The position numbers were made by a program, and so were the translations under genes. 32,696 bases of DNA from Candidatus Dormibacteria bacterium (GTDB lineage Bacteria; Chloroflexota; Dormibacteria; Aeolococcales; Aeolococcaceae). The stretch is from the NCBI GenBank assembly GCA_050015875.1, contig JBEKAP010000002.1:1-32696 (forward strand). Direction: 5' to 3'. Under the pieces are notes generated by a model. That model had not been told where the DNA came from. It made no database searches and worked only from the letters and a program-made list of their open reading frames with translations. This document shows positions 17,922 to 26,330 of the stretch, piece by piece; within the stretch, counting starts at the first letter, position 1; every line of letters starts with the position of its first letter.

Positions 17922-18529
17922 CCCAGGTGCAACGCGCCGCGCCGGCGGGCTCTGCCAGTCCCGGATGGCCACGCACCCGCGTGCTGGACGGGCACGGGGT
18001 CAGCCGGGTCCTGACCCGGCTCGCGCACGAGATCGTCGAGGGCCATCCGGGCGACCTGGACCGGGTCGTCCTCGCCGGCATCAGGGAGGGTGGTGTCGGG
18101 GTCGCCCGCGACCTCTGCGCCCATCTCCGGTCGATCTCGCCTGCCGAGGTGACGCTGGTGGCGGTCGACGTGAGCGGCTTCCGGGATGATCGCCCGCGCC
18201 AGCCCGGCCTGGACGGCGCCTGGCAGGAGATCCTGCCCTCGGCGGGCCGGGCCCGTCCCACACCCTCGCCCGAGGGGAGCGTCGTGATCCTCGTCGACGA
18301 CGTGATCCAGACCGGTCGGACCATGCGGGCCGCCTTCGACGTCGTCTCGTCGCAGGGCCGGCCGGCGGCGATCGAGATGGCGGTCCTGGTGGACCGGGGG
18401 GGCCGTGAGGTTCCGGTGCGCCCCACCTACGTCGGCAAGAACCTCCCGGTGACCGCCTCGGAGTGGGTGGAGATCGAGCTCGGCCCGGATCCGGATGGGG
18501 GCGGGATCTTCCTGGTGCCCCGCCCATGA
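17918..18529 (+). CDS. pyrR: Bifunctional pyrimidine operon regulator / uracil phosphoribosyltransferase PyrR
   Basis: ATGA overlap with pyrB. PRPP motif VVILVDDVIQTGRTMRAAFD. AVLVDRGGREVPVRPTYVGKNLP is typical of the PyrR C-terminal region. Confidence 0.9.
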   Translation: MTQVQRAAPAGSASPGWPRTRVLDGHGVSRVLTRLAHEIVEGHPGDLDRVVLAGIREGGVGVARDLCAHLRSISPAEVTLVAVDVSGFRDDRPRQPGLDGAWQEILPSAGRARPTPSPEGSVVILVDDVIQTGRTMRAAFDVVSSQGRPAAIEMAVLVDRGGREVPVRPTYVGKNLPVTASEWVEIELGPDPDGGGIFLVPRP

Positions 18530-19881
18530 ACTGCATCCTCCGCGGCGTCCGGGTCATCGACCCGCTCGCCAGACGTGACGCGGCCGGCCAGGACGTCTGG
18601 CTCAGCGAGGGCCGGATCGTCGCCATCTACAAGCACATGGGGGAGGGGACCCTGCCGGTCATCGACCTCACCCCACCGCCGGGCGGTACCCCGGTCATCC
18701 TCTGCCCCGGCTTCATCGACATCCACACCCACCTCCGCGAGCCGGGCGACGAGGGCGCCGAGACCATCCACAGCGGCTCCCAGGCGGCCGCGGCCGGGGG
18801 TTTCACCCAGATCGTGGCGATGGCCAACACCGTGCCGCCGATCGACAGTCCCGACCGGGTCAAGGAGGCCACCTTCCGCGCTGTGGCGGCCTCGGTCCAG
18901 GTGCTCACCGGCTGCTCGCTGACCCGGGGGCTGAAGGGAGAGGAGCTGGTCGACATGGAGGCCTGCGCCGCCGCCGGCGCGGCCGCTTTCAGCGACGACG
19001 GCCGCAACAGCTTCTCCCCGCGCCTGCTCAGCGAGGCGATCGCTCGCGCGGTGTCCCTCGGCCGTCCGGTGATGATCCACCCGGAGGACGAGGAGACCCT
19101 CGCCCAGGTCAACGGGGTGCAGGGGCCGGTCCAGCGCTGCGGGCTGCGCCCGGTGGAGGCGGAGACCCGCGCCATCGACTACGCGCTGCGCGCTCTCGCC
19201 CACGCCGGCAAGGGGCACGTCCATCTCCAGCACGTGTCGTCGGCGGCGGGCGTCGAGATGGTCCGTCGGGCCAAGGAGGGCGGCGCCAACGTGACCGCCG
19301 AGGCGACCCCGCATCACCTCGGCATGTGGCTCCCCTTCGCCACCGAGCCGCAGCCGGCAGGACTGCTCAAGGTCAATCCCCCCCTTCGCACCGACCAGGA
19401 CAGGGACGCCCTGGTTCAGGGGCTCCGGGACGGTGTGGTCGATGCGGTGGCGACCGACCACGCGCCGCACCGCGTCGAGGAGAAGGCCCTCCCCTACGAC
19501 CGGGCGGCCCCGGGGATGATCGGCCTGGAGCTGGCTCTGGCGGTCTGCATCACCCTGGGAGGGATGGGCGGAGACTGGATTCCCACCCTGGTGGACCGCC
19601 TCACCATCGGCCCCTACCGCGTCCTCGGCAAGGCATCCGGGATCCGGGAGCCCCGCCTGCGCATCGGCGAGGCGGCAACCTGTGTGCTCTTCGATCCGGC
19701 GTCCGAGTGGACGGTCGAGCCGGCGCATCTCCGTTCCGGGTCTCAGAACACGCCGCTCCTCGGGGCGCGCCTCCACGGGCGGGTGCTGATGACCCTGGTC
19801 GACGGTGCCCTCGTCCACCACGATCGGCAGCGCCTCCCCTGGCCCGCACCCGCTCCGGCCACGGACACCGCCCGTGCCTAG
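18526..19881 (+). CDS. pyrC: Dihydroorotase
   Basis: ATGA overlap with pyrR (ATG 18526). MNCILRGVRVIDP..., metal-binding GFIDIHTHLREPG, ATDHAPH. The track ORF start 18463 is an extension inside pyrR. Confidence 0.9.
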   Translation: MNCILRGVRVIDPLARRDAAGQDVWLSEGRIVAIYKHMGEGTLPVIDLTPPPGGTPVILCPGFIDIHTHLREPGDEGAETIHSGSQAAAAGGFTQIVAMANTVPPIDSPDRVKEATFRAVAASVQVLTGCSLTRGLKGEELVDMEACAAAGAAAFSDDGRNSFSPRLLSEAIARAVSLGRPVMIHPEDEETLAQVNGVQGPVQRCGLRPVEAETRAIDYALRALAHAGKGHVHLQHVSSAAGVEMVRRAKEGGANVTAEATPHHLGMWLPFATEPQPAGLLKVNPPLRTDQDRDALVQGLRDGVVDAVATDHAPHRVEEKALPYDRAAPGMIGLELALAVCITLGGMGGDWIPTLVDRLTIGPYRVLGKASGIREPRLRIGEAATCVLFDPASEWTVEPAHLRSGSQNTPLLGARLHGRVLMTLVDGALVHHDRQRLPWPAPAPATDTARA

Positions 19882-22800
19882 GGGGCGGCTCGCGCTCGAA
19901 TCCGGTGCCGTCCACGAGGGATGGCTCTTCGGTGCCCCGCTCCATCCCGCGAGGTCGGGCGAGGTCGTCTTCAACACCTGCATGACCGGGTACCAGGAGA
20001 TCTGCACCGACCCGTCGTACGCCGGTCAGATGGTGGTGATGACGTACCCGCTGATCGGGAACTACGGGGTGCGGGACGACAACGCCGAGTCCGGCCGGAT
20101 GCACTGCCGGGCGCTCATCGTCCGGGAGCTCTCCGAACGGGTCGGGCACGCCGGCGCCGATCGCTCCCTCGACGAGGAGCTGCGCCGTCAGGGCGTCCCC
20201 GGGCTGCGCGGCGTCGACACCCGGGCCCTGACCCGGCACCTCCGCGACCGGGGCACCCTCCGCGGGGTCCTCGCGGTCGCCTCGGCGCTCACCTCCGAGG
20301 CGCAGGTGGACCTCGCCCGCCGGGCACCGTGGGTCAGCGACCGCGATCTCGTGGCCGAGGTCTCGCAGACCGAGCCGTGGAGCCGATGGGATGAGCCGCT
20401 CTGCCCGGAGCTGGAGCTGGGAGTGCTCCGGAGCGGCGCGGCCGGGCGTTTTCGCGGGGTCCGGATCGTCACCGTCGACCTCGGCCTGAAGCGCAACCAG
20501 CTTCGGGCCCTGACCAGCCGGGGCGCCGAGGTGATCACCGTCCGGCACGACGCCGACCTCGACTCCGTCATGGGTCACCGGCCTCACGGGGTGGTGCTGA
20601 GCAATGGTCCCGGCGACCCGTCCCGGCTGCCCGGCCAGGTCCAGCTCGCCCGCCGGCTGCTGGAGCGCGGCGTCCCTATCCTCGGCATCTGCCTCGGTCA
20701 CCAGGTGCTCGGTCAGGCCGCGGGCGCGACCACGTCGCGGCTCGGATTCGGCCACCACGGCGGCAACCACCCGGTCCGCGACGAGCTGAGCGGCGCGGTC
20801 TACGTGACCTCCCAGAACCACGAGTTCCAGGTCGACGCCCAGACCCTGCCCGCCGGCTCCGGCTGGTACGTGAGCGAACGCAATCTCAATGACGGCAGCG
20901 TCGAGGGGCTCCGCCACCAGAACCTTCCGGTCATCTCTGTCCAATACCACCCGGAGGGCGCCCCCGGCCCCCAGGATCGCGCCCAGGTCTTCGACGAGTT
21001 CCTCGCCCTCGCCTCCCGGTACGGCGACGCCCCGGTCGAGCTTCGAACCGATGGTCACGGCGAAGGGGAGGCCGGGGTGCGCGGTGGGCGCAGGCTCGGC
21101 GCAGGCGGCAGCAGCAATGCCGCCGAGCCGAGGGCGCCGATCGCCAGTCAGGGCGATCGGACGCCCGGGCCGGAGCGAACCACCACCCCAGCCTTCCCGT
21201 CGGTGGTCGATCGACCGAAGTCCGTGCTCGTCATCGGCAGCGGCCCGGTGATCATCGGCCAGGCCGCGGAGTTCGACTACGCCGGCACCCAGGCGTGCAG
21301 GGCCCTTCGCGAGGAGGGCATCCGGGTGGTGCTGGTCAACAGCAACCCGGCCACGATCATGACCGACGACCAGTCGGCGGACGCGGTCTACATCGAGCCG
21401 CTGACCGTCCCGGTCCTGGAGCGGATCATCGCCGCCGAGCGCCCCGAGGGGTTGCTCGCCACCCTCGGCGGCCAGACCGGTCTCAATCTCGCCATAGCGC
21501 TGGAGGATGCCGGCGTCCTCGAGAAGTACGGGGTGCGGCCCCTGGGGACGTCCCTGGAGGCGGTCCGGACCGCCGAGGACCGCGAGAAATTCAAGGAGCT
21601 GCTCCAGCGCATCGGCGAGCCGGTGCCCGAGTCGCGGACCGTCGACTCGCTCGCCGACGCGCGCCGGTTCCTCGCCGAGATCGGGTTGCCGCTCGTGGTG
21701 CGGCCCGCATTCACCCTGGGTGGGACGGGTGGGGGTCTCTGCGCCACCGAGGAGCAGTTCGTCGAGGTGGTGAGCAACGGTCTCGCCGTCTCACCGATCG
21801 GCCAGGTTCTGGTGGAGCGGTCGCTCGCCGGATGGCGCGAGATCGAGTACGAGGTGATGCGGGACGCCTCGGGGACCTGCATCACGATCTGCAACATGGA
21901 GAATCTCGACCCCATGGGGGTGCACACGGGCGACTCCATCGTGGTGGCGCCGGCGCAGACCCTCACCGACCGCGAGCACCAGCAGCTGCGCAGCGCGGCG
22001 CTGCGGATCATCAGCGCGCTCGGCATCGCCGGCGGGTGCAACGTCCAGTTCGCGCTCGCCCCCGACGCCTCCGATTACCACGTGATCGAGGTGAATCCCC
22101 GGGTGTCGCGCTCCTCGGCGCTCGCCAGCAAGGCGACCGGCTACCCCATCGCCCGGCTGGCCGCCAAGATCGCGGCGGGGCGCCGCCTCGACGAGGTGCC
22201 GAACGCGGTGACCGGCAAGACCTGCGCCGCCTTCGAACCGGCCCTCGACTACTGCGTGGTCAAGATCCCGCGCTGGCCCTTCGACAAGTTCCCGGAGGCC
22301 GACCGTCGCCTGGGAACCCAGATGAAATCCACCGGCGAGGTGATGGCCATCGAGCGCAGCTTCGAGGCCGCCTTCAGCAAGGCGCTGCGCTCGCTGGAGC
22401 AGCGGCCTCCGGCCGAGGCCGAGGTCCGGGATCCCGTGCTCCTCGGCAATCCCAACGACCGTCGCATCTTCGCGGTCATGGAGGCGCTCCGCCGGGGCGG
22501 CTCGGTCGAGGACGTCAGCCGCGTCAGCACCATCGCCCCCTGGTTCGTCGACCGCATCCGCGCCCTGGTCGACGTCGAGGAGGCGCTCCGCCGCGGTGTC
22601 GACGACGACACCCTGGTCTCGGCCAAGCGGATGGCGCTCTCCGACCGGCGGATCTCCGAGTTGTCCGGCGTCGCCACCGCGGAGATCGCCGAGGCGCGCA
22701 CGCGGCTTGGGCTCGCCCCCACCTTCAAGTGCGTCGACACCTGTGCTGCCGAGTTCGCCGCCACCACCCCGTACTACTACTCGACCGTCGAGGCCGAGGA

Positions 22801-24478
22801 CGAGAGGCCGGTGCCGGATGGCGACACGGTGGTGGTGCTCGGCAGCGGGCCGATCCGGATCGGCCAGGGTATCGAGTTCGACTACTGCAGCGTCCAGGCC
22901 GCGCAGGCGCTGCGCCGTCAGGGCGTGGCGGCGATCATGGTCAACAGCAACCCGGAGACCGTCAGCACCGACTTCGACTGCAGCACCCGCCTCTACTTCG
23001 AGCCGCTCGACCAGGAGGCGGTCCTCGCCGTGATCGAGGCCGAGCGGGCGGGTGGAGTCGTGGTCCAGTTCGGGGGGCAGACGGCCATCAACCTGGCCGA
23101 GCCCCTCGACCGCCATGGCGTCACCATTCTCGGCACCTCGGTCGACGCCATCGACCTGGCCGAGGACCGCCGCCGCTTCGAGGCGCTGATGCGGCGCCTG
23201 CAGATCCCACAGCCCCACGGGGCGGCCACCATCGACCCCCTGGAGGCGGCGGAGATCGCGGACCGGATCGGCTACCCCGTGCTGGTGCGCCCCTCCTTCG
23301 TGCTGGGCGGGAGGGCCATGGAGATCGTCCACTCGCGCGATCAGCTCCAGCGGTTCGTCGCCGCAGCCATGGCCGCCCTGCCCGACGACAGCGACCGGGT
23401 GGGGGGGTCGCGGGGCACGGTGCTCGTCGACAAGTACCTCTTCGGCACCGAGGTGGACGTGGACGCGGTCTCCGATGGCGAGACCGTGGTGATCCCCGGA
23501 CTCATGGAGCACGTGGAGCGTGCGGGCGTCCACAGCGGCGATTCCATGGCCGCGTATCCTGCCGGCGGTCTCGACGCCGAGGTCACCCGCCGGATCGTGT
23601 CCAACACCGTGGACATCGCCCGGGCACTCCCGGTGCGCGGCCTGTGCAACATCCAGTTCGTGATCTGGCGCGGCCTGCCCCACGTGCTCGAGGTCAACCC
23701 CCGCGCGTCCCGGACCGTCCCCTTCATCAGCAAGGTGACCGGGGTGCCGATGGTCGAGCTGGCCACCCGGGTGATGCGCGGTGAGAGGCTCGCTGACCTC
23801 GGCTACGAGACCGGCCTCCGCGCCGCCGCGCCGCTCGTGGCGGTGAAGGCCCCGGTCTTCTCGACCGTCAAGCTCGCGCTGGTCGATTCCGCGCTCGGCC
23901 CCGAGATGAAGTCGACCGGCGAGGTGATGGGCATCGACACCACCCTCGGCGCGGCTCTCGAGAAGGCCTTCGTGGCCGCGCTCGGCTCGGTCCCGGCCAA
24001 GGGCGCCGTGCTCTGCAGCATCGCCGACTCCGACAAGGCGGAGGCGCTGCCGCTCGTCGCCCAGCTCTCGGCTCTGGGCTTCGCCGTCTACGCCACCGCG
24101 GGCACCGCCGCCGCCCTCAGCGCGGCCGGCGTCACCGCCACCGCGGTGGGCCGGATCGGCCAGAGCCGGCCCAACGTCCTCGACATCATCGAGGAGGGCC
24201 GGGTGTCGCTGATCGTCAACACCGTCTCCAACCTGCAGAGCGACGAGCTCGTCCTGGCGCCGGATGGAAGTGGCGGGCTGGCGGCGGCCGGGCGGACGGT
24301 GAAGGACGGCTACCGCATCCGGCTGGCCGCCGAGCACCGCCGCATCCCCTGCTGCACCTCCATCGACACCGCCCAGGCCCTGGTCGACGCCATCACCCGG
24401 CAGCGCCGGGGAGCTGAGATCACCGTGGCGACGGTGCGCGCCTACCGCGAGGGCATCGTCGCGGCGGTACCCGGGTGA
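19874..24478 (+). CDS. carAB: Carbamoyl-phosphate synthase, small (glutaminase) and large (synthetase) subunits in one uninterrupted frame (1534 codons incl. stop, 1533 aa)
   Basis: GTG 19874 overlaps the pyrC end by 8 nt and gives (M)PRGRLALESGAVHEGWLFG. CarA hallmarks: VVFNTCMTGYQE, GICLGHQ, QYHPEGAPGP. A G/A/R/P-rich linker spans about 21029-21202. The CarB N-terminus VDRPKSVLVIGSGPVIIGQAAEFDYAG starts at 21203, followed by both ATP-grasp halves and the MGS-like tail, ending at TGA 24476-24478. There is no stop in any forward frame across ~21000-21210. Internal in-frame GTGs lie at 21077 (GGGGAGG 5 nt upstream) and 21203. Confidence 0.85.
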   Translation: MPRGRLALESGAVHEGWLFGAPLHPARSGEVVFNTCMTGYQEICTDPSYAGQMVVMTYPLIGNYGVRDDNAESGRMHCRALIVRELSERVGHAGADRSLDEELRRQGVPGLRGVDTRALTRHLRDRGTLRGVLAVASALTSEAQVDLARRAPWVSDRDLVAEVSQTEPWSRWDEPLCPELELGVLRSGAAGRFRGVRIVTVDLGLKRNQLRALTSRGAEVITVRHDADLDSVMGHRPHGVVLSNGPGDPSRLPGQVQLARRLLERGVPILGICLGHQVLGQAAGATTSRLGFGHHGGNHPVRDELSGAVYVTSQNHEFQVDAQTLPAGSGWYVSERNLNDGSVEGLRHQNLPVISVQYHPEGAPGPQDRAQVFDEFLALASRYGDAPVELRTDGHGEGEAGVRGGRRLGAGGSSNAAEPRAPIASQGDRTPGPERTTTPAFPSVVDRPKSVLVIGSGPVIIGQAAEFDYAGTQACRALREEGIRVVLVNSNPATIMTDDQSADAVYIEPLTVPVLERIIAAERPEGLLATLGGQTGLNLAIALEDAGVLEKYGVRPLGTSLEAVRTAEDREKFKELLQRIGEPVPESRTVDSLADARRFLAEIGLPLVVRPAFTLGGTGGGLCATEEQFVEVVSNGLAVSPIGQVLVERSLAGWREIEYEVMRDASGTCITICNMENLDPMGVHTGDSIVVAPAQTLTDREHQQLRSAALRIISALGIAGGCNVQFALAPDASDYHVIEVNPRVSRSSALASKATGYPIARLAAKIAAGRRLDEVPNAVTGKTCAAFEPALDYCVVKIPRWPFDKFPEADRRLGTQMKSTGEVMAIERSFEAAFSKALRSLEQRPPAEAEVRDPVLLGNPNDRRIFAVMEALRRGGSVEDVSRVSTIAPWFVDRIRALVDVEEALRRGVDDDTLVSAKRMALSDRRISELSGVATAEIAEARTRLGLAPTFKCVDTCAAEFAATTPYYYSTVEAEDERPVPDGDTVVVLGSGPIRIGQGIEFDYCSVQAAQALRRQGVAAIMVNSNPETVSTDFDCSTRLYFEPLDQEAVLAVIEAERAGGVVVQFGGQTAINLAEPLDRHGVTILGTSVDAIDLAEDRRRFEALMRRLQIPQPHGAATIDPLEAAEIADRIGYPVLVRPSFVLGGRAMEIVHSRDQLQRFVAAAMAALPDDSDRVGGSRGTVLVDKYLFGTEVDVDAVSDGETVVIPGLMEHVERAGVHSGDSMAAYPAGGLDAEVTRRIVSNTVDIARALPVRGLCNIQFVIWRGLPHVLEVNPRASRTVPFISKVTGVPMVELATRVMRGERLADLGYETGLRAAAPLVAVKAPVFSTVKLALVDSALGPEMKSTGEVMGIDTTLGAALEKAFVAALGSVPAKGAVLCSIADSDKAEALPLVAQLSALGFAVYATAGTAAALSAAGVTATAVGRIGQSRPNVLDIIEEGRVSLIVNTVSNLQSDELVLAPDGSGGLAAAGRTVKDGYRIRLAAEHRRIPCCTSIDTAQALVDAITRQRRGAEITVATVRAYREGIVAAVPG

Positions 24479-25320
24479 GCCTTCCCCCCTCCGATCTCGG
24501 CCGTGCCCGCGACGAGACGGGGGAGGTGGTCGCCGTCCTGGCGCTGGGGGGCGGGATGGTGGAGATCACCGCCCGGCTGCCACACCTGGCGGCTGCCGCT
24601 CGGCCCGGGGAGTTCGCCCAGCTCCGCGCCTGGACCGGGGTCGATCCCCTGCTCCGGCGCCCCTTCAGCGTGGCCTGGACGGCGGGTGAGCTCTGCACCT
24701 TCGTCCTGGAGGCGGTCGGCGCCGGCACCCGCCTGCTGGTGGCGCTCAGGCCCGGCGACCCGCTGCAGGCACTCGGTCCGCTCGGCAACGGCTTCCGTCT
24801 CGACCCGGCACCCGAACGGGCGCTGATCGTCAGCGGGGGGCTGGGCTGTGCGCCCTTTCCCCTCCTGGTGCGGGAGCTGCGCCGGGGGGGATGCCCCGAT
24901 GTGACGGTGCTGAACGGCGCGGCGACCGCCGCCCGGCTCTACCCCGCGGAGCGCTTCCGCCGCGACGAGGACGGGATCCGGGTGGTCGAGGCCACCGACG
25001 ACGGCAGCCGGGGGCACCACGGCCTGGTGACCGAGCTGGTCGCGGGCGTCTGCGACCAGACGACGGCCGTCTACGCCTGCGGCCCCAACCCGATGCTCGC
25101 CGCCCTCGCGGAGACGCTCGAACGGCTGCCCCGTCCGCCGCGGCGCGCCGAGGTCTCCCTGGAGGCGCCGATGGGGTGCGGGTTCGGCACCTGCCTGGGA
25201 TGCGCGCTCCCGGGGGCGGGCGGCGAGTGGCTGCTCTGCTGCCGCCAGGGGCCGGTGGCGGAGGTCGCCCAGGTGGACTGGCCCGCTCTGCTGGCCCTAC
25301 CCCCGGCGCACGTCGCATGA
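24475..25320 (+). CDS. pyrK: Dihydroorotate dehydrogenase (class 1B) electron-transfer subunit
   Basis: GTGA overlap with the carB stop. FAD motif RRPFSV, NAD-binding region LIVSGGLGCAP, and C-terminal 2Fe-2S cysteines MGCGFGTCLGCA...LLCCRQGP. Confidence 0.85.
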   Translation: MSLPPSDLGRARDETGEVVAVLALGGGMVEITARLPHLAAAARPGEFAQLRAWTGVDPLLRRPFSVAWTAGELCTFVLEAVGAGTRLLVALRPGDPLQALGPLGNGFRLDPAPERALIVSGGLGCAPFPLLVRELRRGGCPDVTVLNGAATAARLYPAERFRRDEDGIRVVEATDDGSRGHHGLVTELVAGVCDQTTAVYACGPNPMLAALAETLERLPRPPRRAEVSLEAPMGCGFGTCLGCALPGAGGEWLLCCRQGPVAEVAQVDWPALLALPPAHVA

Positions 25321-26282
25321 CCGCTCTCGACCTGCGTGTGGACCTCGGGCGCGGCCTCGTCCTTCCCAATCCGGTCGGGCTGGCCAGCGGCACCGCCGGC
25401 TACGGCTTCGAGCTCGGCCAGCTCATCGACCTCGACCGTCTCGGTGCCCTCTTCACCAAGGGGACGACGCTCCTACCTCGGGACGGCAACCCGCCTCCCC
25501 GGGTGGCCGAGGTCCGGGGCGGGATGCTCAACGCGATAGGCCTGCACAACCCGGGGGTCGAGCACGTCGCCTCCGCCTACGCGCCCGAATTCTCCCGCTG
25601 GAGCGTCCCGGTCGTCGTCAACGTCGCCGGCGGGAGCGTCGAGGACTACCTCGCCTGCCTGGATCGCCTCGAGCGGGCCGAGGGCCTGGCCGGCTACGAG
25701 CTGAACATCTCCTGCCCCAACATCGCCAACGGGCTCGACTTCGGCCGGGACCCGGCTGCGGCCGGTCGCCTGGTCGCCGCCGCGCGCGCCCGCACCGGGC
25801 GGCACCTGATGGTCAAGCTGAGCCCCAATGTGACCGACATCGCCGCGGTGGCGCGAGCCGTGGAGGAGGCGGGTGCCGACTCGGTCTCGGCGGTCAACAC
25901 CTACGTCGGCATGAAGATCCATCGCGGCATTCGAGCCCCGGTGCTACCGGGTCGCGGCACCGGAGGTCTGAGCGGGCCGGCGATCAAGCCGCTGGCCCTC
26001 GCCGCGGTGGCTCAGGTCGGCGCCGCCGTGAGCATCCCGGTGGTCGGGGTCGGCGGGATCATGAATGCCGGCGACGCCCTGGAGTTCCTTATCGTCGGCG
26101 CCGCGGCGGTCCAGGTGGGCACCGCCACCTTCGTCAACCCCGACGCGAGCCTCCAAATCCTGGATGGGCTGACGGAGATCGCAACCCAGGCCGGGGTGCG
26201 GCGGCTCGGGGAGCTGCGCGGCCGAACTCTGACACGCCGCGCCGTGCCCCCTGCAGGGATCGAACCTGCATCAACCGGTTAA
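25317..26282 (+). CDS. pyrD: Dihydroorotate dehydrogenase (class 1B) catalytic subunit
   Basis: ATGA overlap with pyrK. MTALDLRVDLGRGLVLPNPVGLASGTAGYG..., NAIGLHNPG, ELNISCPN (catalytic Cys), GGLSGPAIKP, VGVGGI. The last ~12 codons run antisense into tRNA-Lys. The track start 24891 is an out-of-context extension through pyrK. Confidence 0.88.
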   Translation: MTALDLRVDLGRGLVLPNPVGLASGTAGYGFELGQLIDLDRLGALFTKGTTLLPRDGNPPPRVAEVRGGMLNAIGLHNPGVEHVASAYAPEFSRWSVPVVVNVAGGSVEDYLACLDRLERAEGLAGYELNISCPNIANGLDFGRDPAAAGRLVAAARARTGRHLMVKLSPNVTDIAAVARAVEEAGADSVSAVNTYVGMKIHRGIRAPVLPGRGTGGLSGPAIKPLALAAVAQVGAAVSIPVVGVGGIMNAGDALEFLIVGAAAVQVGTATFVNPDASLQILDGLTEIATQAGVRRLGELRGRTLTRRAVPPAGIEPASTG

Positions 26283-26315
26283 AAGCCGGCTGCTCTGCCA
26301 TTGAGCTAAGGGGGC
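26245..26315 (-). tRNA. tRNA-Lys (anticodon UUU)
   Basis: The reverse strand folds as a cloverleaf: GCCCCCT-TA-GCTC-AATGGCA-GAGC-A-GCCGG-CTTTTAA-CCGGT-TGAT-GCAGG-TTCGATC-CCTGC-AGGGGGC-A. The acceptor stem is a perfect 7 bp and the T-loop is TTCGATC. The anticodon loop is C-U-UUU-A-A. CCA is not encoded. Length is 71 nt with a 4-nt variable loop. Confidence 0.85.
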
Positions 26316-26330
26316 GGCTGGAACCGCATT

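Noticed and set aside
21791-24337. 848-aa reverse ORF, and similar reverse ORFs at 18427..20007 and 19601..21058
   Set aside because: They are antisense to carB, pyrC and carA, whose forward-frame translations match conserved enzymes end to end. The reverse translations are low-complexity.
24891-25316. Upstream extension of the pyrD ORF (463-aa track ORF)
   Set aside because: It overlaps pyrK in another frame with an Arg/Gly/Pro-rich translation. The conserved PyrD N-terminus begins at ATG 25317, with the typical ATGA coupling to pyrK.
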